Positions 7,976-18,227 of a stretch of 64,000 nt of DNA are shown here, piece after piece. Source of the stretch: Bacillota bacterium (GTDB taxonomy: Bacteria > Bacillota > Halanaerobiia > B1SED10-174). The notes beneath the pieces are model-generated. The model worked only from the letters and a program-made list of their open reading frames with translations, had not been told where the DNA came from and did no database searches. Both the position numbers and the translations under genes were made by a program. Position 1 is the stretch's first letter. The number at the start of each line of letters is the position of its first letter. The stretch is taken from positions 2,524 to 66,523 of the forward strand of contig SKTZ01000071.1 of assembly GCA_007122335.1 (NCBI GenBank). Reading direction: 5' to 3'.

Positions 7976-10022
7976 CTGCCTCCCTGATTTCACCGTAATC
8001 CGGATATTCAATTCTTTTGTGGTAAATTCCCATAAGAATTTTGGTGAAGCAATCCTGTATCGGTCCTATATCCTTAAGAGTAAGATCACACTCATCCAGT
8101 TGACCTATCTCAAGTTTTTCTTTAATAAGTTCCTGCACCATCCCGGCCAGGGCCTGGGGATTATCTCTTTCAGCAGATCGAGAACGAACTGCTGCTTCGA
8201 CAACGTCAGCCAGTAAAATCAGAGCTGCTTCCTTGGAGCAGGGTTTTGGCCCATCATACTGGAAATTAGCAGAGCTATTATCTCCCCGCTGCAGGGATTC
8301 CTGGTAAAAATAAGAGATCAGAGAGGTTCCGTGATGCTCCTGGATAATATCCAGAATTGGTTCTGGTAGTTTGTGTTTTTTGGCCATTTCCACTCCATCT
8401 TTAACGTGAGATTTAATAATCAAAGCGCTCAGACTGGGGTTCAATTTATCATGAGGATTACTATCACCAAGAAGGTTCTCGTTGAAAAAATAGGGTCTCT
8501 TGATTTTCCCTACATCATGATAATAAGCCCCTACTCTCGCCAGAAGCGAATCCGCCCCCAGTCTATCTGCAGCTGCTTCAGCAAGATTACCAACGATAAC
8601 ACTGTGGTGATAGGTTCCTGGAGCTTCCATCAGTAATTTTTTTAACAGGGGTTGGTTAGGATTGGAAAGTTCAAGCAGGCGAACTGACGAAGACATCCCC
8701 AGATAATTTTCCAGCAGGGGAAGCAAACCATTGATCAGTATTGCTGCCAGAATACCATTACCCAGCCCCAACCCAACAAGAAGAAAAAGTTTGGTTGGTT
8801 CTACCACGTTCGCCAGGAGAGAAAGAGTAAGAATGGCAATTGCGCAAAAAATTCCAACAATAATCCCCGCTCGAATAAAGTCTCGTCGCTGGCTCACCCT
8901 GGAAACACTGTAAACTCCGGAAATACCACCCACCAGACCAACTGTAATTTCAGGTAAACCACCCTGTAAAACCAGGATGGCCAGAATTGTATAACTAAAG
9001 GTAAAAAAGATGGCAACCCGAGAATCCAAAAGTACTGCAATCAGGATACTACCCACGGCAATGGGGAACAAATACCCTGGATGGGAAACAGGCAAATAGC
9101 TTGTAGCCTGGGCTAAAACCACCATAAATACAGGAAGAAAAGACATCAAAATCATCCGGTTTTCTTTTTCCAGAACCTTGGGGTGAAAATTCCTTAAAAA
9201 TTTGTAGTTTCCAAGAAAAATCAAAAGCATTAGCCCACTTATGCCCGCAAAGTGGGTGGGTTGTAATTGGGGTTGAAGTAATCCCACAGCCTCTAGAAGC
9301 TCAATATCTTCCTCAGTTATAACCTGTCCCTGGCGAATTAAAACTTCCCCCTGGCGGATAGCCCTTGTCACAGGGGTTACTCCCTGGCGGGCTTCCTCCC
9401 TTCGCCGGGCGGTTTCTTCAACATTCAAAACCAGGTTGGGCCGGATAAACCTCTCCCCGAGGAGAACAAGTTGCTCTTTTTCCTGCTCAGTTATATCCAG
9501 TTCTGCAATTCTTGCTGTTACATTTTCTTTTGCTTCATCCAGGTGAGTGGACCGAATACCCCCCTCCATTTCTTCAACGAGAATTCCCTCCAGCTTTTCC
9601 TGCAGAAAACTTCGCCTCTCAGAGGAAACATTGGTCCAGAAACCAAACTGGCCTGTAGAAAGTCCTTCCCACCGGAAGGAACCATTGGGAAAAATATTAT
9701 CTTCACGACGAAAAAAGTTGAAAAAAAAGTTGAGATCACCCCGAGTTCGATCAATAGCCTCCGGATCCTCTTCAATTACATTGGGAACCTGCTGGGCCAT
9801 TTCCTCGCGGAGTTGATCGGTTCTTTCCTCATCAATTAAAACCATATTATTGGGAGCTTCTATATCTTCCCTTGCAACTTCGCCAACGTTAACATCTACC
9901 TGCGCCGGCAAAAAAGAGCTGCCAACAAGCAGGATTAGGGCCAGAAAACTTACAACCGGCCAGAACCATTTCCTCCGGTTTGTATCAGTAAAAAAAGCCT
10001 TGATTAACCTTAACCATTGCAA
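7959..10022 (-). CDS. pgpH: 7TM-HD (PgpH/YqfF-type) membrane phosphohydrolase
   Basis: 687 aa. Extracellular N-domain, 7 TM helices, and a C-terminal HD domain (HHSVIVGNLAE...YYHDVGK). Confidence 0.8.
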   Translation of the reverse strand: MQWLRLIKAFFTDTNRRKWFWPVVSFLALILLVGSSFLPAQVDVNVGEVAREDIEAPNNMVLIDEERTDQLREEMAQQVPNVIEEDPEAIDRTRGDLNFFFNFFRREDNIFPNGSFRWEGLSTGQFGFWTNVSSERRSFLQEKLEGILVEEMEGGIRSTHLDEAKENVTARIAELDITEQEKEQLVLLGERFIRPNLVLNVEETARRREEARQGVTPVTRAIRQGEVLIRQGQVITEEDIELLEAVGLLQPQLQPTHFAGISGLMLLIFLGNYKFLRNFHPKVLEKENRMILMSFLPVFMVVLAQATSYLPVSHPGYLFPIAVGSILIAVLLDSRVAIFFTFSYTILAILVLQGGLPEITVGLVGGISGVYSVSRVSQRRDFIRAGIIVGIFCAIAILTLSLLANVVEPTKLFLLVGLGLGNGILAAILINGLLPLLENYLGMSSSVRLLELSNPNQPLLKKLLMEAPGTYHHSVIVGNLAEAAADRLGADSLLARVGAYYHDVGKIKRPYFFNENLLGDSNPHDKLNPSLSALIIKSHVKDGVEMAKKHKLPEPILDIIQEHHGTSLISYFYQESLQRGDNSSANFQYDGPKPCSKEAALILLADVVEAAVRSRSAERDNPQALAGMVQELIKEKLEIGQLDECDLTLKDIGPIQDCFTKILMGIYHKRIEYPDYGEIREADANGF

Positions 10023-10025
10023 GGC

Positions 10026-11012
10026 CTACCCCTCCTCCTTCTCGTACCGATCATAGGCCTTCAAAATTTCCTGAACAAGTGCATGGCGAACAACATCCCG
10101 GTTTGTCAGGTAAACAAAATCTATTCCCTTAATGTCAGCCAGAATAGCCCGGACAATATTTAACCCCGAATAAGTGTCTTTGGGTAAATCAATCTGGGTC
10201 ACATCTCCGGTTATAACGGCCTTGGACCTGAAGCCCAGGCGGGTAAGAAACATCTTCATCTGTTCCTTTGTAGTATTCTGGGCTTCGTCCAGAATAACAA
10301 AAGAATCGTCAAGGGTCCGCCCCCGCATATAAGCCAGAGGAGCTACTTCGATTACGTCTCTTTCCAGGTATTTGTGGACAATTTCATGTCCCAGGACATC
10401 ATAAAGCGCATCGTATAATGGCCGCAAATAAGGATCTACTTTTTCCTGAAGGTCTCCAGGCAAAAAACCCAGTTTTTCTCCAGCTTCAATAGCGGGCCGG
10501 GTTAAAACAATCCTGGCCACTTCTTTTTTCAAAAAAGCTTTTACCGCCATCACCATTGCCAGGTAGGTTTTCCCGGTCCCGGCAGGGCCGATTCCAAAAA
10601 CAATATCTTTTTTTCGGATTGAATCAACATAGGCTTTTTGCCCAACCGTTTTTGGTTTTATTTTTTTCCCCCGATAGGTTGTATGAATTACATCGCTGTA
10701 AAGGGGGAACAGATCCAGTTTGCCCTCTTCCTGGATGGTTTGAATGGCATAATCAACGTCTCTCTTGGAGATTTGATTTCCGGCAACAACCGCTTTCTGT
10801 AGTTCCTCAATTACCTTCTTTATCTTTTCAATTTCGTCTTTTGTGCCTTTAATTTGAATTTCATTGCCCCTGGCTATTATTTCTGCTGCAAAAGATTCCT
10901 CCAACAGTTTCAAATGGCTGTCATGATAACCAAAAATTCTCAATGCTATTTCATTTGTGGGTAAAACAAAGGTTTCTTTTCTGGACAAAACCAATTCCGC
11001 CCCCTCTTTCAA
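10026..11012 (-). CDS. phoH: PhoH-like ATPase
   Basis: Walker A GPAGTGKT and the conserved PhoH core. Occupies the canonical phoH-pgpH-ybeY-dgkA position. Confidence 0.85.
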   Translation of the reverse strand: MKEGAELVLSRKETFVLPTNEIALRIFGYHDSHLKLLEESFAAEIIARGNEIQIKGTKDEIEKIKKVIEELQKAVVAGNQISKRDVDYAIQTIQEEGKLDLFPLYSDVIHTTYRGKKIKPKTVGQKAYVDSIRKKDIVFGIGPAGTGKTYLAMVMAVKAFLKKEVARIVLTRPAIEAGEKLGFLPGDLQEKVDPYLRPLYDALYDVLGHEIVHKYLERDVIEVAPLAYMRGRTLDDSFVILDEAQNTTKEQMKMFLTRLGFRSKAVITGDVTQIDLPKDTYSGLNIVRAILADIKGIDFVYLTNRDVVRHALVQEILKAYDRYEKEEG

Positions 11013-11380
11013 AAATTTTATGCTAATATTTATTTCTCAGGAATAAAAGAAAAAGAAAAAAACAATCATAAAAACCCAGGCTGGCATTTTTGCTTTTTAA
11101 AGGCCTTCTGATTTATTTCTTCTCTAGAGTATAGTAATTATAAGAAACATCCGCAACCCCTGAACCAGTAATTTTTTCAGCAAAAATCTTGTTAAATTAC
11201 CTGAAAAAAAACCGCAGGGCAAGTTAAATCCCCCTGGCTTGCCCGTTATCAATACTTCTCCTTTTTCCCAAGTTTCTCCTTCTTTTACATACCCCCGTTA
11301 AGTTTAACGCCAATACGCCTGTTTTTAATTCAATATAAAAAAAAGGCCGTTGACCAGATCGGCCAACAGCCAAATAATTC

Positions 11381-12001
11381 CTAGCGACTAATTATCCTTT
11401 TTCTTCGGGCACGCGGGGGGGCAAAAAATTCGGAAAAAATAACCCCCTGGATAATATTCTTTCGAGAAAACCCCAGCTGCATTTTTTTCCTGATTACAAC
11501 TTTTCTTTGAACCACATCTCGGGTTTCCAGTTCTTCTTCAATTTCTCTTTGGATTTTTTCTATTTGTTTTTTGGTTTCCGCTTTTGTTTTAGCCAGTTCA
11601 CTTTTCCAGTCATCTCCCCAGGTACTATCCGAATCAATACTCCAATCTCTTTCTGGATCCATTTGGGTTTGGGAAGAATCTTCACGGGGAACCAGCGGTT
11701 CCTCTGTATAAACTCTTTTTTCATCGAGGTAACCGTGTTCCTCCTGGGTTGCCTGGAATGGTTCGGTTTTATCTTCTATAAAGATATCTTCTGCTCTTGC
11801 TTCCTCCGCTTTTTCCTGTAATGTCCTTTGCTCCTCTTCTCCCCCGTACTTTTCTTCATAGGGGGCACCTAATTCTCTCTGTCTCTGTTCGTTTATCTTT
11901 TCCTTCTGAGCCCGAAAGAAACCGGTCCCTAAAGCACGAATAACCCGGGGCAGAACAAAAAATATCAAAATAAAGGCTAGCGGTGCAAATAGTTCTTCCA
12001 A
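11381..12001 (-). CDS. hypothetical membrane-anchored, highly charged protein (YqfB-like by position)
   Basis: N-terminal TM helix followed by a Glu/Lys/Arg-rich low-complexity region. Sits downstream of floA where B. subtilis has yqfB. Confidence 0.4.
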   Translation of the reverse strand: MEELFAPLAFILIFFVLPRVIRALGTGFFRAQKEKINEQRQRELGAPYEEKYGGEEEQRTLQEKAEEARAEDIFIEDKTEPFQATQEEHGYLDEKRVYTEEPLVPREDSSQTQMDPERDWSIDSDSTWGDDWKSELAKTKAETKKQIEKIQREIEEELETRDVVQRKVVIRKKMQLGFSRKNIIQGVIFSEFFAPPRARRKRIISR

Positions 12002-12013
12002 GAAAAGCCCCCC

Positions 12014-12997
12014 TTAGTTTTCTTCCTTCTCCTCTTCTTCAGGGCGGGTTGCCTTGGAAATTCCGTCCCTCATATCAGTATCCGCTTTTATGTTTTGATA
12101 GTTCATATAGTCCATTACACCAAGGCGACCTGCTTTAAGGGCTTCAGCCAGGGCAATAGGTACCTGGGCTTCGGCTTCGACAACCTTAGCCCGCATTTCT
12201 TCAACCTTGGCCCGCATTTCTTGTTCTTCAGCAACAGCCATGGCCCGTCTTTCTTCCGCTTTGGCCTGGGCAATTCTTTTATCTGCTTCGGCCTGGTCGG
12301 TCTGCAGTTTGGCTCCAATGTTTTTCCCGACATCAACATCGGCGATATCGATGGACAAAATCTCAAAGGCGGTTCCTGAATCCAGCCCCTTTTCCAGAAC
12401 AGTTTTGGAGATGGAGTCTGGATTTTCCAGGACATTCTTGTGAGTTTTTGCTGAACCAACAGTTGTTACAATACCTTCTCCAACACGAGCCAGGACAGTT
12501 TCTTCACCGGCTCCACCAACGAGTCGGTCAATATTTGCCCGAACAGTTACTCTGGCGGTAGCCATTACCTGGATGCCGTCCATAGCCACAGCGGTAACAA
12601 TCGGAGTCTGAATTACCTTGGGATTAACACTCATTTGAACAGCCCGCAAAACATCTCGACCAGCAAGGTCGATAGCCGCAGCCCGCTCAAACTCCAGAGG
12701 AATCTGAGCCCGCTGTGCAGCAATCAGGGCATCCACCACCCGGTCAACATTACCTCCGGCAAGGAAATGAGCTTCTAATCGATCGCTGCTTAGGGGCACT
12801 CCAGCTTTATGGGATTTAATCATCGGTCCCACTATTTTTCCAGGAACTACCCGGCGCAGGCGCATCCCCACAAGATTAAAAATACCAATTTTTACTCCAG
12901 CAGCCCAGGCGGAAATCCAAAGCCCGACGGGAATAAAATAAAAGAATGCGCTTCCCAGAACGATTACCAGAACAATTAAAGCAATATAACCACCCAT
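12014..12997 (-). CDS. floA: flotillin-like protein FloA (YqfA, UPF0365)
   Basis: N-terminal TM plus a SPFH/band-7 domain. C-terminal AE-rich coiled coil typical of FloA. Confidence 0.85.
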   Translation of the reverse strand: MGGYIALIVLVIVLGSAFFYFIPVGLWISAWAAGVKIGIFNLVGMRLRRVVPGKIVGPMIKSHKAGVPLSSDRLEAHFLAGGNVDRVVDALIAAQRAQIPLEFERAAAIDLAGRDVLRAVQMSVNPKVIQTPIVTAVAMDGIQVMATARVTVRANIDRLVGGAGEETVLARVGEGIVTTVGSAKTHKNVLENPDSISKTVLEKGLDSGTAFEILSIDIADVDVGKNIGAKLQTDQAEADKRIAQAKAEERRAMAVAEEQEMRAKVEEMRAKVVEAEAQVPIALAEALKAGRLGVMDYMNYQNIKADTDMRDGISKATRPEEEEKEEN

Positions 12998-13015
12998 TAA
13001 AAATACACCTCCAGT

Positions 13016-14314
13016 TTAATCTTCTACTTCTTCAGCCTTCCTGACAATCAACCTATTACCTTCTATCTTTACCACGGTTACCCGGGTTCCTTTTTCAATA
13101 AACCCCCCTTCACTTACTGCATCTATCCTTTCCCCATCAATTTCCACAATTCCCGATGGTCTAAAATAAGATTGAGCAACTCCAATTCTTCCTAGCAGTT
13201 TACTCCTGTCTGCAGGTGCTACGTAACCAAGTTCAACAGTCTCAGAAGTCCCCAGGGCGATCCGACTCCAGACCCCACTCCGGGGTAAAAATTGCAATCC
13301 AATTGCAATCAAAATCACTGAGGCCAACATGGAACCCGCTATCACCTGTAGAGCGAGAGTTGTGTTGGGGAAAATCAAAAAAAGGCTTATTATTATTGCT
13401 CCTAACCCACCCAGCCCTGTAATGCCAAAACCGGGAACAACGAAAATTTCAAGAAAAATCAACACAATTCCGGCCAGGAAAAGAATGGCCACACTCCAGT
13501 GAGAAGCACCTGTAAGCAGGTGACCGGTAAAGAAGGCTGCCAAAGAAAGAATCCCCAGAGTTCCTGGAACTCCCCAGCCAACCGTTACTACTTCCAGGAA
13601 AATTCCCGCAAAACCAATGGTCAGTAAAAGCCCGCTTAGCCAGGGCCCCGCGACAACGCGGGCGAATTGTTCCACTAAAAGGGGATCCACTCTAACCAGA
13701 GAAGCCTCTCCCAGGCCTCTCTCCTCCAGGAATGAACTTAAACTTGCCACCTGCTTATTGGCAATATTCCATTCAACAGCTTCTGCAGAGGAGAGGGTAA
13801 GGATATCCCCACTGCCCACCAGCCCTTCAATTTCGAGTTCTTTATCTACCATGGCCATTGCAACCTCAGGATTTCTCTCCCGGGCTTCTGCAGTTGCCCT
13901 GAATTCAGAACGAAGTGCCGAAACAGTTTTTTCGTCGGCTGGAGCAGGTTCTGCAGCCCCTATGCTTGATCCGGGAGTCATTGCCAGGTAATCTCCGGCC
14001 ATAGCAACCAGGGCGCCTGCGGACCAGGCTCTTCCGCTTACATAGGTGTAAACCGGAATTGAAGAACCAAAAATTGCATCGCGAATTCGAGTTGCTGCGT
14101 TAACAAATCCTCCGAATGTATCAATATAAATTATTACCGCCTTGGCCCCTGCCTCCTCAGCATCACGGATACCTCTCTCAGTTATGGAAGCCAGGCCCAT
14201 ATCAATATCTCCAACAATATCAATTCTATAAACTTTTTCCTCTGTTTGCCCATACAAGAAACCAGAGACACCCAGAATTAATAAAAGAAGAAAAATCAAA
14301 GCCCTTGTCCTCAT
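13016..14314 (-). CDS. nfeD: NfeD-like membrane-bound serine protease
   Basis: Signal/TM, ClpP-class protease domain, multi-TM segment, and a C-terminal OB-fold NfeD domain. Classic partner of floA. Confidence 0.8.
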   Translation of the reverse strand: MRTRALIFLLLLILGVSGFLYGQTEEKVYRIDIVGDIDMGLASITERGIRDAEEAGAKAVIIYIDTFGGFVNAATRIRDAIFGSSIPVYTYVSGRAWSAGALVAMAGDYLAMTPGSSIGAAEPAPADEKTVSALRSEFRATAEARERNPEVAMAMVDKELEIEGLVGSGDILTLSSAEAVEWNIANKQVASLSSFLEERGLGEASLVRVDPLLVEQFARVVAGPWLSGLLLTIGFAGIFLEVVTVGWGVPGTLGILSLAAFFTGHLLTGASHWSVAILFLAGIVLIFLEIFVVPGFGITGLGGLGAIIISLFLIFPNTTLALQVIAGSMLASVILIAIGLQFLPRSGVWSRIALGTSETVELGYVAPADRSKLLGRIGVAQSYFRPSGIVEIDGERIDAVSEGGFIEKGTRVTVVKIEGNRLIVRKAEEVED

Positions 14315-14383
14315 AATTTCACCTCACTTTCACCTTACCTTGTACTTATTCATTTTTTCAACCAAATTTCCTGCTTCTACCAA

Positions 14384-14420
14384 AAAAAAGCCAACCCCTT
14401 TACAGGATTGGCTTTTTTTA
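14384..14420 (-). terminator. intrinsic terminator downstream of the rpsU-yqeY pair
   Basis: AAAAAAAAGCCAACCCCTTTACAGGATTGGCTTTTTTT is a perfect GCCAA(T)CC.../...GG(A)TTGGC hairpin flanked by A- and T-runs, so it can work in both directions. Confidence 0.8.
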
Positions 14421-14445
14421 ATATTTCTAATTAGTCAAAGCTAAA

Positions 14446-14739
14446 TTATTTTCCATTTTCGGGGGGAAGGTATTTTTCTAAAACAGAGATTTCTCTCTCC
14501 AGTCGCTGAGCTTCACCGTCATTTCCCAGCCGCCGGTACTCATCCCTTGCTTCCCGGCGAAGAGAGACTTCCCGCTTTAGAATTTCCACTACTTCGCCGT
14601 CAGAAAGGTCTTTCCGTTTGGATATTTCCTCATTTTTTATTGCAGCCCTTGTTGTCCTGATTGCCGCCAACGGGATTTCTGACCTTTCTATCATTGCTTT
14701 TTTCATGTCCTCCAGCAATATTTCCTTTATGGACGACAT
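14446..14739 (-). CDS. GatB/YqeY-domain protein, N-terminal half only
   Basis: 97 aa. Aligns to the first ~95 aa of B. subtilis YqeY up to the conserved YLP motif, then stops. The 106 nt left before the terminator cannot hold the missing C-half. Confidence 0.6.
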   Translation of the reverse strand: MSSIKEILLEDMKKAMIERSEIPLAAIRTTRAAIKNEEISKRKDLSDGEVVEILKREVSLRREARDEYRRLGNDGEAQRLEREISVLEKYLPPENGK

Positions 14740-14751
14740 GGCCTACCTCCC

Positions 14752-14925
14752 TTATCCACGCCCACGTCGCCGAGAGGCTTCTTTTTTCTTGCGAATATCA
14801 CTCGGCTTTTCATAGTAACGTCTTTTTTTTGCCTCCTGGAAGACACCAGTCTTACGGCATTTATTCTTAAAACGCCGCAGGGCCTTATCCAGAGATTCGT
14901 TTTTCTTTATTCTAATCTCAGCCAT
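14752..14925 (-). CDS. rpsU: 30S ribosomal protein S21
   Basis: 58-codon [60 protein letters not shown]. Absent from the ORF track (below 60 aa) but unmistakably S21. Confidence 0.9.
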   Translation of the reverse strand: MAEIRIKKNESLDKALRRFKNKCRKTGVFQEAKKRRYYEKPSDIRKKKEASRRRGRG

Positions 14926-14966
14926 TGTAAAGTATCCCCCCTCCCAGCTTCCGCATTGCTATAAAC

Positions 14967-14995
14967 ATTATATAACGGTGGGAAAACGCTGTCAA
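14967..14995 (-). promoter_or_regulatory. sigma-A promoter of rpsU
   Basis: Minus-strand TTGACA-17 nt-TATAAT, a perfect consensus, about 40 nt upstream of the rpsU start. Confidence 0.6.
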
Positions 14996-14997
14996 AT

Positions 14998-15336
14998 CTA
15001 TCCGGGAGGCCACTCCATAAAACGCCCACCCAGAAGGTGAAAATGAATGTGGCCAACCGTCTGCCCACCATCATCTCCACAATTATTTACAACCCGAAAC
15101 CCTTTTTCAGAAATCCCTTCCTGCTGGGCAACTTTCTGGATGACGCCAAAAAGACGTCCCAGAAGATCTTGGTCCTTAATTTCCATAATGTTCGAGATAT
15201 GTTCTTTGGGAATTACCAGGTGGTGAACAGGTGCCTGGGGTTTCACATCGGCAAAAACAAGGAATTCATGATCTTCATATACTTTTTGTGCCGGTATGTC
15301 CCCTTCAACAATTTTGCAAAAAATGCAATCTGCCAT
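14998..15336 (-). CDS. HIT-family (histidine triad) nucleotide hydrolase
   Basis: HxHxHLL motif (GHIHFHLLGG). Start moved to MADCIFCK. Confidence 0.8.
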   Translation of the reverse strand: MADCIFCKIVEGDIPAQKVYEDHEFLVFADVKPQAPVHHLVIPKEHISNIMEIKDQDLLGRLFGVIQKVAQQEGISEKGFRVVNNCGDDGGQTVGHIHFHLLGGRFMEWPPG

Positions 15337-15337
15337 G

Positions 15338-16588
15338 TTAGACCTCCTTTCCCCATATGCCATCCTGGAAAAGTTTTTCTCCTCTTACCTTAATTAACTC
15401 CCCCTGCTCCAAATCCTCTTCGAAATAATATTTAATGTAATTGGAAGACCAACCCTGGGCGGGTTCTGTTCCCTCAACTAAAACTTCCATTTCTCTACCT
15501 AAATATTTCGAATTAAACATGGCCTGTTGTTCTTCCCCAATCGCTCGCAAAAACTGGTTTCTCTTTTTTTTCTCGGGTCCAGTTATTTGCTGGTTCATCC
15601 GGGCTGCAGGAGTACCGGCCCTTTTAGAATAAGAAAAAACATGGATCCGACCAAACCCAACTTCCTTTACTACCTCAACAGTTTTGTCGAAATCTTCCTC
15701 GGTCTCACCAGGGAAACCAACCATTACGTCTGTAGTTAAACCAAGATCAGGAATTCTCGACTTGAAATAATTTGTTTTGGCCAGAAAATCCCGAGCTTTA
15801 TATTTTCGGTTCATTATTTCGAGTATTTTATCACTTCCACTCTGCAAAGGCAAATGGAGGTGAGGACAAAGAGCATTTTCTCCCTCCATTAAATCAAGTA
15901 ATTCTTCACTCACCTCGTTAATTTCCAGGGAACTCAATCTTAATCTGGGCAGGGGGGTTTCAAGAATTCTTTCTATAACTTTTTCCAGGGAAAGATTTCC
16001 TCTGCGGTCCCTTCCATAAAAACCCAGGTGAATGCCGGTTAAAACCACTTCTTTGAAGCCGCTCGTAATCAGGGCCTCAATTTCTTCCATAATTTCATCA
16101 ACCGGTTTGCTCCAGACCCTTCCCCGAGCCCTGGGGACAATACAGTAAGCACAGAAGGATTCACAACCCTCTTCAATTTTTAAAAAGGCCCTGGTTCTGT
16201 TGGAATAAAACAGATCCTGGTCTGCTTTCTTTCTCAGTGGTTTTATTCCACTTGCACTTTCAATTAATTCCACAGTTTTATCAAAATCCTGCCGCCCTAT
16301 AACCAGATCTACACCGGGAATCTTTTCGGTTTGCTGTGGATATGCCTGGGGGTAACAACCGTAAAGAACCAGAAAAGGAGTTTTCCCTTCCTTACTCATT
16401 TTTCTCAAGCGTTGCCGGGACTGCCGGGCTGCTTCATTGGTTACTGTACATGAATTTACCAGGAAAATATTGGGAACTTGATCCCCCGAAACTATTTCCC
16501 AGCCCTTATTTTGGAATTCTTTTTTTAGCTGTTCGCTATCGTATTGATTTGCCTTGCAACCAAGGGTAACCACTTTAACCTTCGCCAA
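15338..16588 (-). CDS. mtaB: tRNA threonylcarbamoyladenosine methylthiotransferase MtaB (YqeV)
   Basis: N-terminal MTTase domain (three Cys), radical-SAM CxxxCxxC (CAYCIVP), and a TRAM domain. Confidence 0.8.
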   Translation of the reverse strand: MAKVKVVTLGCKANQYDSEQLKKEFQNKGWEIVSGDQVPNIFLVNSCTVTNEAARQSRQRLRKMSKEGKTPFLVLYGCYPQAYPQQTEKIPGVDLVIGRQDFDKTVELIESASGIKPLRKKADQDLFYSNRTRAFLKIEEGCESFCAYCIVPRARGRVWSKPVDEIMEEIEALITSGFKEVVLTGIHLGFYGRDRRGNLSLEKVIERILETPLPRLRLSSLEINEVSEELLDLMEGENALCPHLHLPLQSGSDKILEIMNRKYKARDFLAKTNYFKSRIPDLGLTTDVMVGFPGETEEDFDKTVEVVKEVGFGRIHVFSYSKRAGTPAARMNQQITGPEKKKRNQFLRAIGEEQQAMFNSKYLGREMEVLVEGTEPAQGWSSNYIKYYFEEDLEQGELIKVRGEKLFQDGIWGKEV

Positions 16589-16591
16589 ATT

Positions 16592-17332
16592 TTATTCCCC
16601 CAAATCTCCGGTGAGGTGTAAAATTATTGTTGCCGCAACCAGTCCTGCGGTATCACTACGCAGAATTCTTTTCCCCAGGGAAAAATCAGAAAATCCCATT
16701 TTCAAAAGCTCCTTCTCCTCCTTGCCTGTAAAACTTCCTTCCGGGCCAATAACCAGGAGAATATTTTCTTCCTCACCCCGGACCTTCAATACATCCTGCA
16801 CCGAATTACCCGAACCCTCCCAGGCCCATAATAAAACATCAAAACCCTTAACAAAATCCTGTAATTCTTCCCATTCCAGCGGTGCCTTAATTTGAGGTAA
16901 AACAGTCCTCCCGGATTGCTGGGCAGCGTTTTTTATTATATTCTGCCACCGTTCAAGTTTTCCTGAAAGATTCTTTCCCTCTACTTTTTTTATTGTTCGC
17001 CGGGAATGGAGTGGAAAAAATGAAGCAATTCCGATTTCTGTTCCCTTTTCCAGAATATATTCAAACCTATCCTTTTTAGGTAAGGCCTGCAGGAGGTGAA
17101 TTTTTTTTCCGGGTTCATTGCTGACCTGCAACTTTTCTCCAACCCCGATCAGGGTTTCCTTCTTTTTGAGTTCTTTGATTTCAGCTAAAAAAACTCCTCC
17201 TTTCCCATCAAGGAGGTTAAGTTTATCTCCTGGAGAAACCCTTAAAACCCGGTAAAGGTAGTGATGATCCTCCCCAGTTAAAAAAACCTCCTCTCCCTCT
17301 TTAAAAGGCTGGGAAACAAAAAGGTTGGTCAA
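16592..17332 (-). CDS. rsmE: 16S rRNA (uracil1498-N3)-methyltransferase RsmE
   Basis: RsmE PUA-like N-domain and SPOUT C-domain. Start proposed at TTG (residue 21 of the listed ORF), which cuts the overlap with prmA from 56 nt to 6 nt. Confidence 0.7.
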   Translation of the reverse strand: MTNLFVSQPFKEGEEVFLTGEDHHYLYRVLRVSPGDKLNLLDGKGGVFLAEIKELKKKETLIGVGEKLQVSNEPGKKIHLLQALPKKDRFEYILEKGTEIGIASFFPLHSRRTIKKVEGKNLSGKLERWQNIIKNAAQQSGRTVLPQIKAPLEWEELQDFVKGFDVLLWAWEGSGNSVQDVLKVRGEEENILLVIGPEGSFTGKEEKELLKMGFSDFSLGKRILRSDTAGLVAATIILHLTGDLGE

Positions 17333-17336
17333 AATA

Positions 17337-18227
17337 TCACCCCTTCTTTTCCAGGTAAAGCCCGGTCCAATCCCCTTCAACCCTCGTATCAAGGATTTCC
17401 CAGGGTGTCGAAACTATTTTTTCCCGGAGCTGGGGAAGTTGCTTGAAAAGAACCCCTGAAAGAACCAGGCCTGCTTTTTTTTCGGTGATTTTATCCAGAT
17501 CTGGCAATACGGAGACGATCTGGGGATAAAGAATATTAATAATAACCCCTGAATATAAACCTCTTAATCCTTTAATAAGGTCCCCTTGCTTTATTTCTAC
17601 CCTGTCCTCAAATTTATTCAACTTAACATTTTTCCGGGCCAGAGAAACTGCTTCAGGGTCATTATCTATACCCGTAACCTCTTTCGCTCCAAGTTTAGCA
17701 GAAGCAATTGCCAGAATTCCGCTTCCTGTTCCCAGATCCAGTATTTTATCATAATTTCTCAGCCAATCCTGAATAAACCCAAGGGCCAGCCTTGTGCTGG
17801 GATGATCGCCTGTCCCAAAAGCCATCCCGCCCCGAAGTTTAATAACCATTCCTTGGGGGATCTTTGTTTTGGAATATTCGGGAGGGATAACCCAAAAACC
17901 ATCGAGGACCTGGCGTGGTTCTTCTGCTTCCCTAATCAGCTTTTCCCAGGAGCGGGAATTAATATCCCGGACACTGTAAAAGACCGGGCCTGGCTCCAGG
18001 CCAAATTCCTGCAATCTTTCAACTTTTTTCTTAATCTTCTCACACTTCTCCCGCCACTCCCGGTTTGCAGGAAGGTAAAAAAGGCAGCCCAGTCGGCTGC
18101 CCTTTTCAACCCAGTTCCATCCTTCTAAATCCTCTGCCTGAAGTATTGGATGCAGGGCTTCTTTTACTTCAGTATTCACTTCCAGATAAACCTCTTTATA
18201 TTTCAAAACATCACACCCCAAAGGCAT
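17337..18227 (-). CDS. prmA: ribosomal protein L11 methyltransferase
   Basis: SAM-binding [12 protein letters not shown] motif and the PrmA N-terminal domain. Confidence 0.85.
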   Translation of the reverse strand: MPLGCDVLKYKEVYLEVNTEVKEALHPILQAEDLEGWNWVEKGSRLGCLFYLPANREWREKCEKIKKKVERLQEFGLEPGPVFYSVRDINSRSWEKLIREAEEPRQVLDGFWVIPPEYSKTKIPQGMVIKLRGGMAFGTGDHPSTRLALGFIQDWLRNYDKILDLGTGSGILAIASAKLGAKEVTGIDNDPEAVSLARKNVKLNKFEDRVEIKQGDLIKGLRGLYSGVIINILYPQIVSVLPDLDKITEKKAGLVLSGVLFKQLPQLREKIVSTPWEILDTRVEGDWTGLYLEKKG

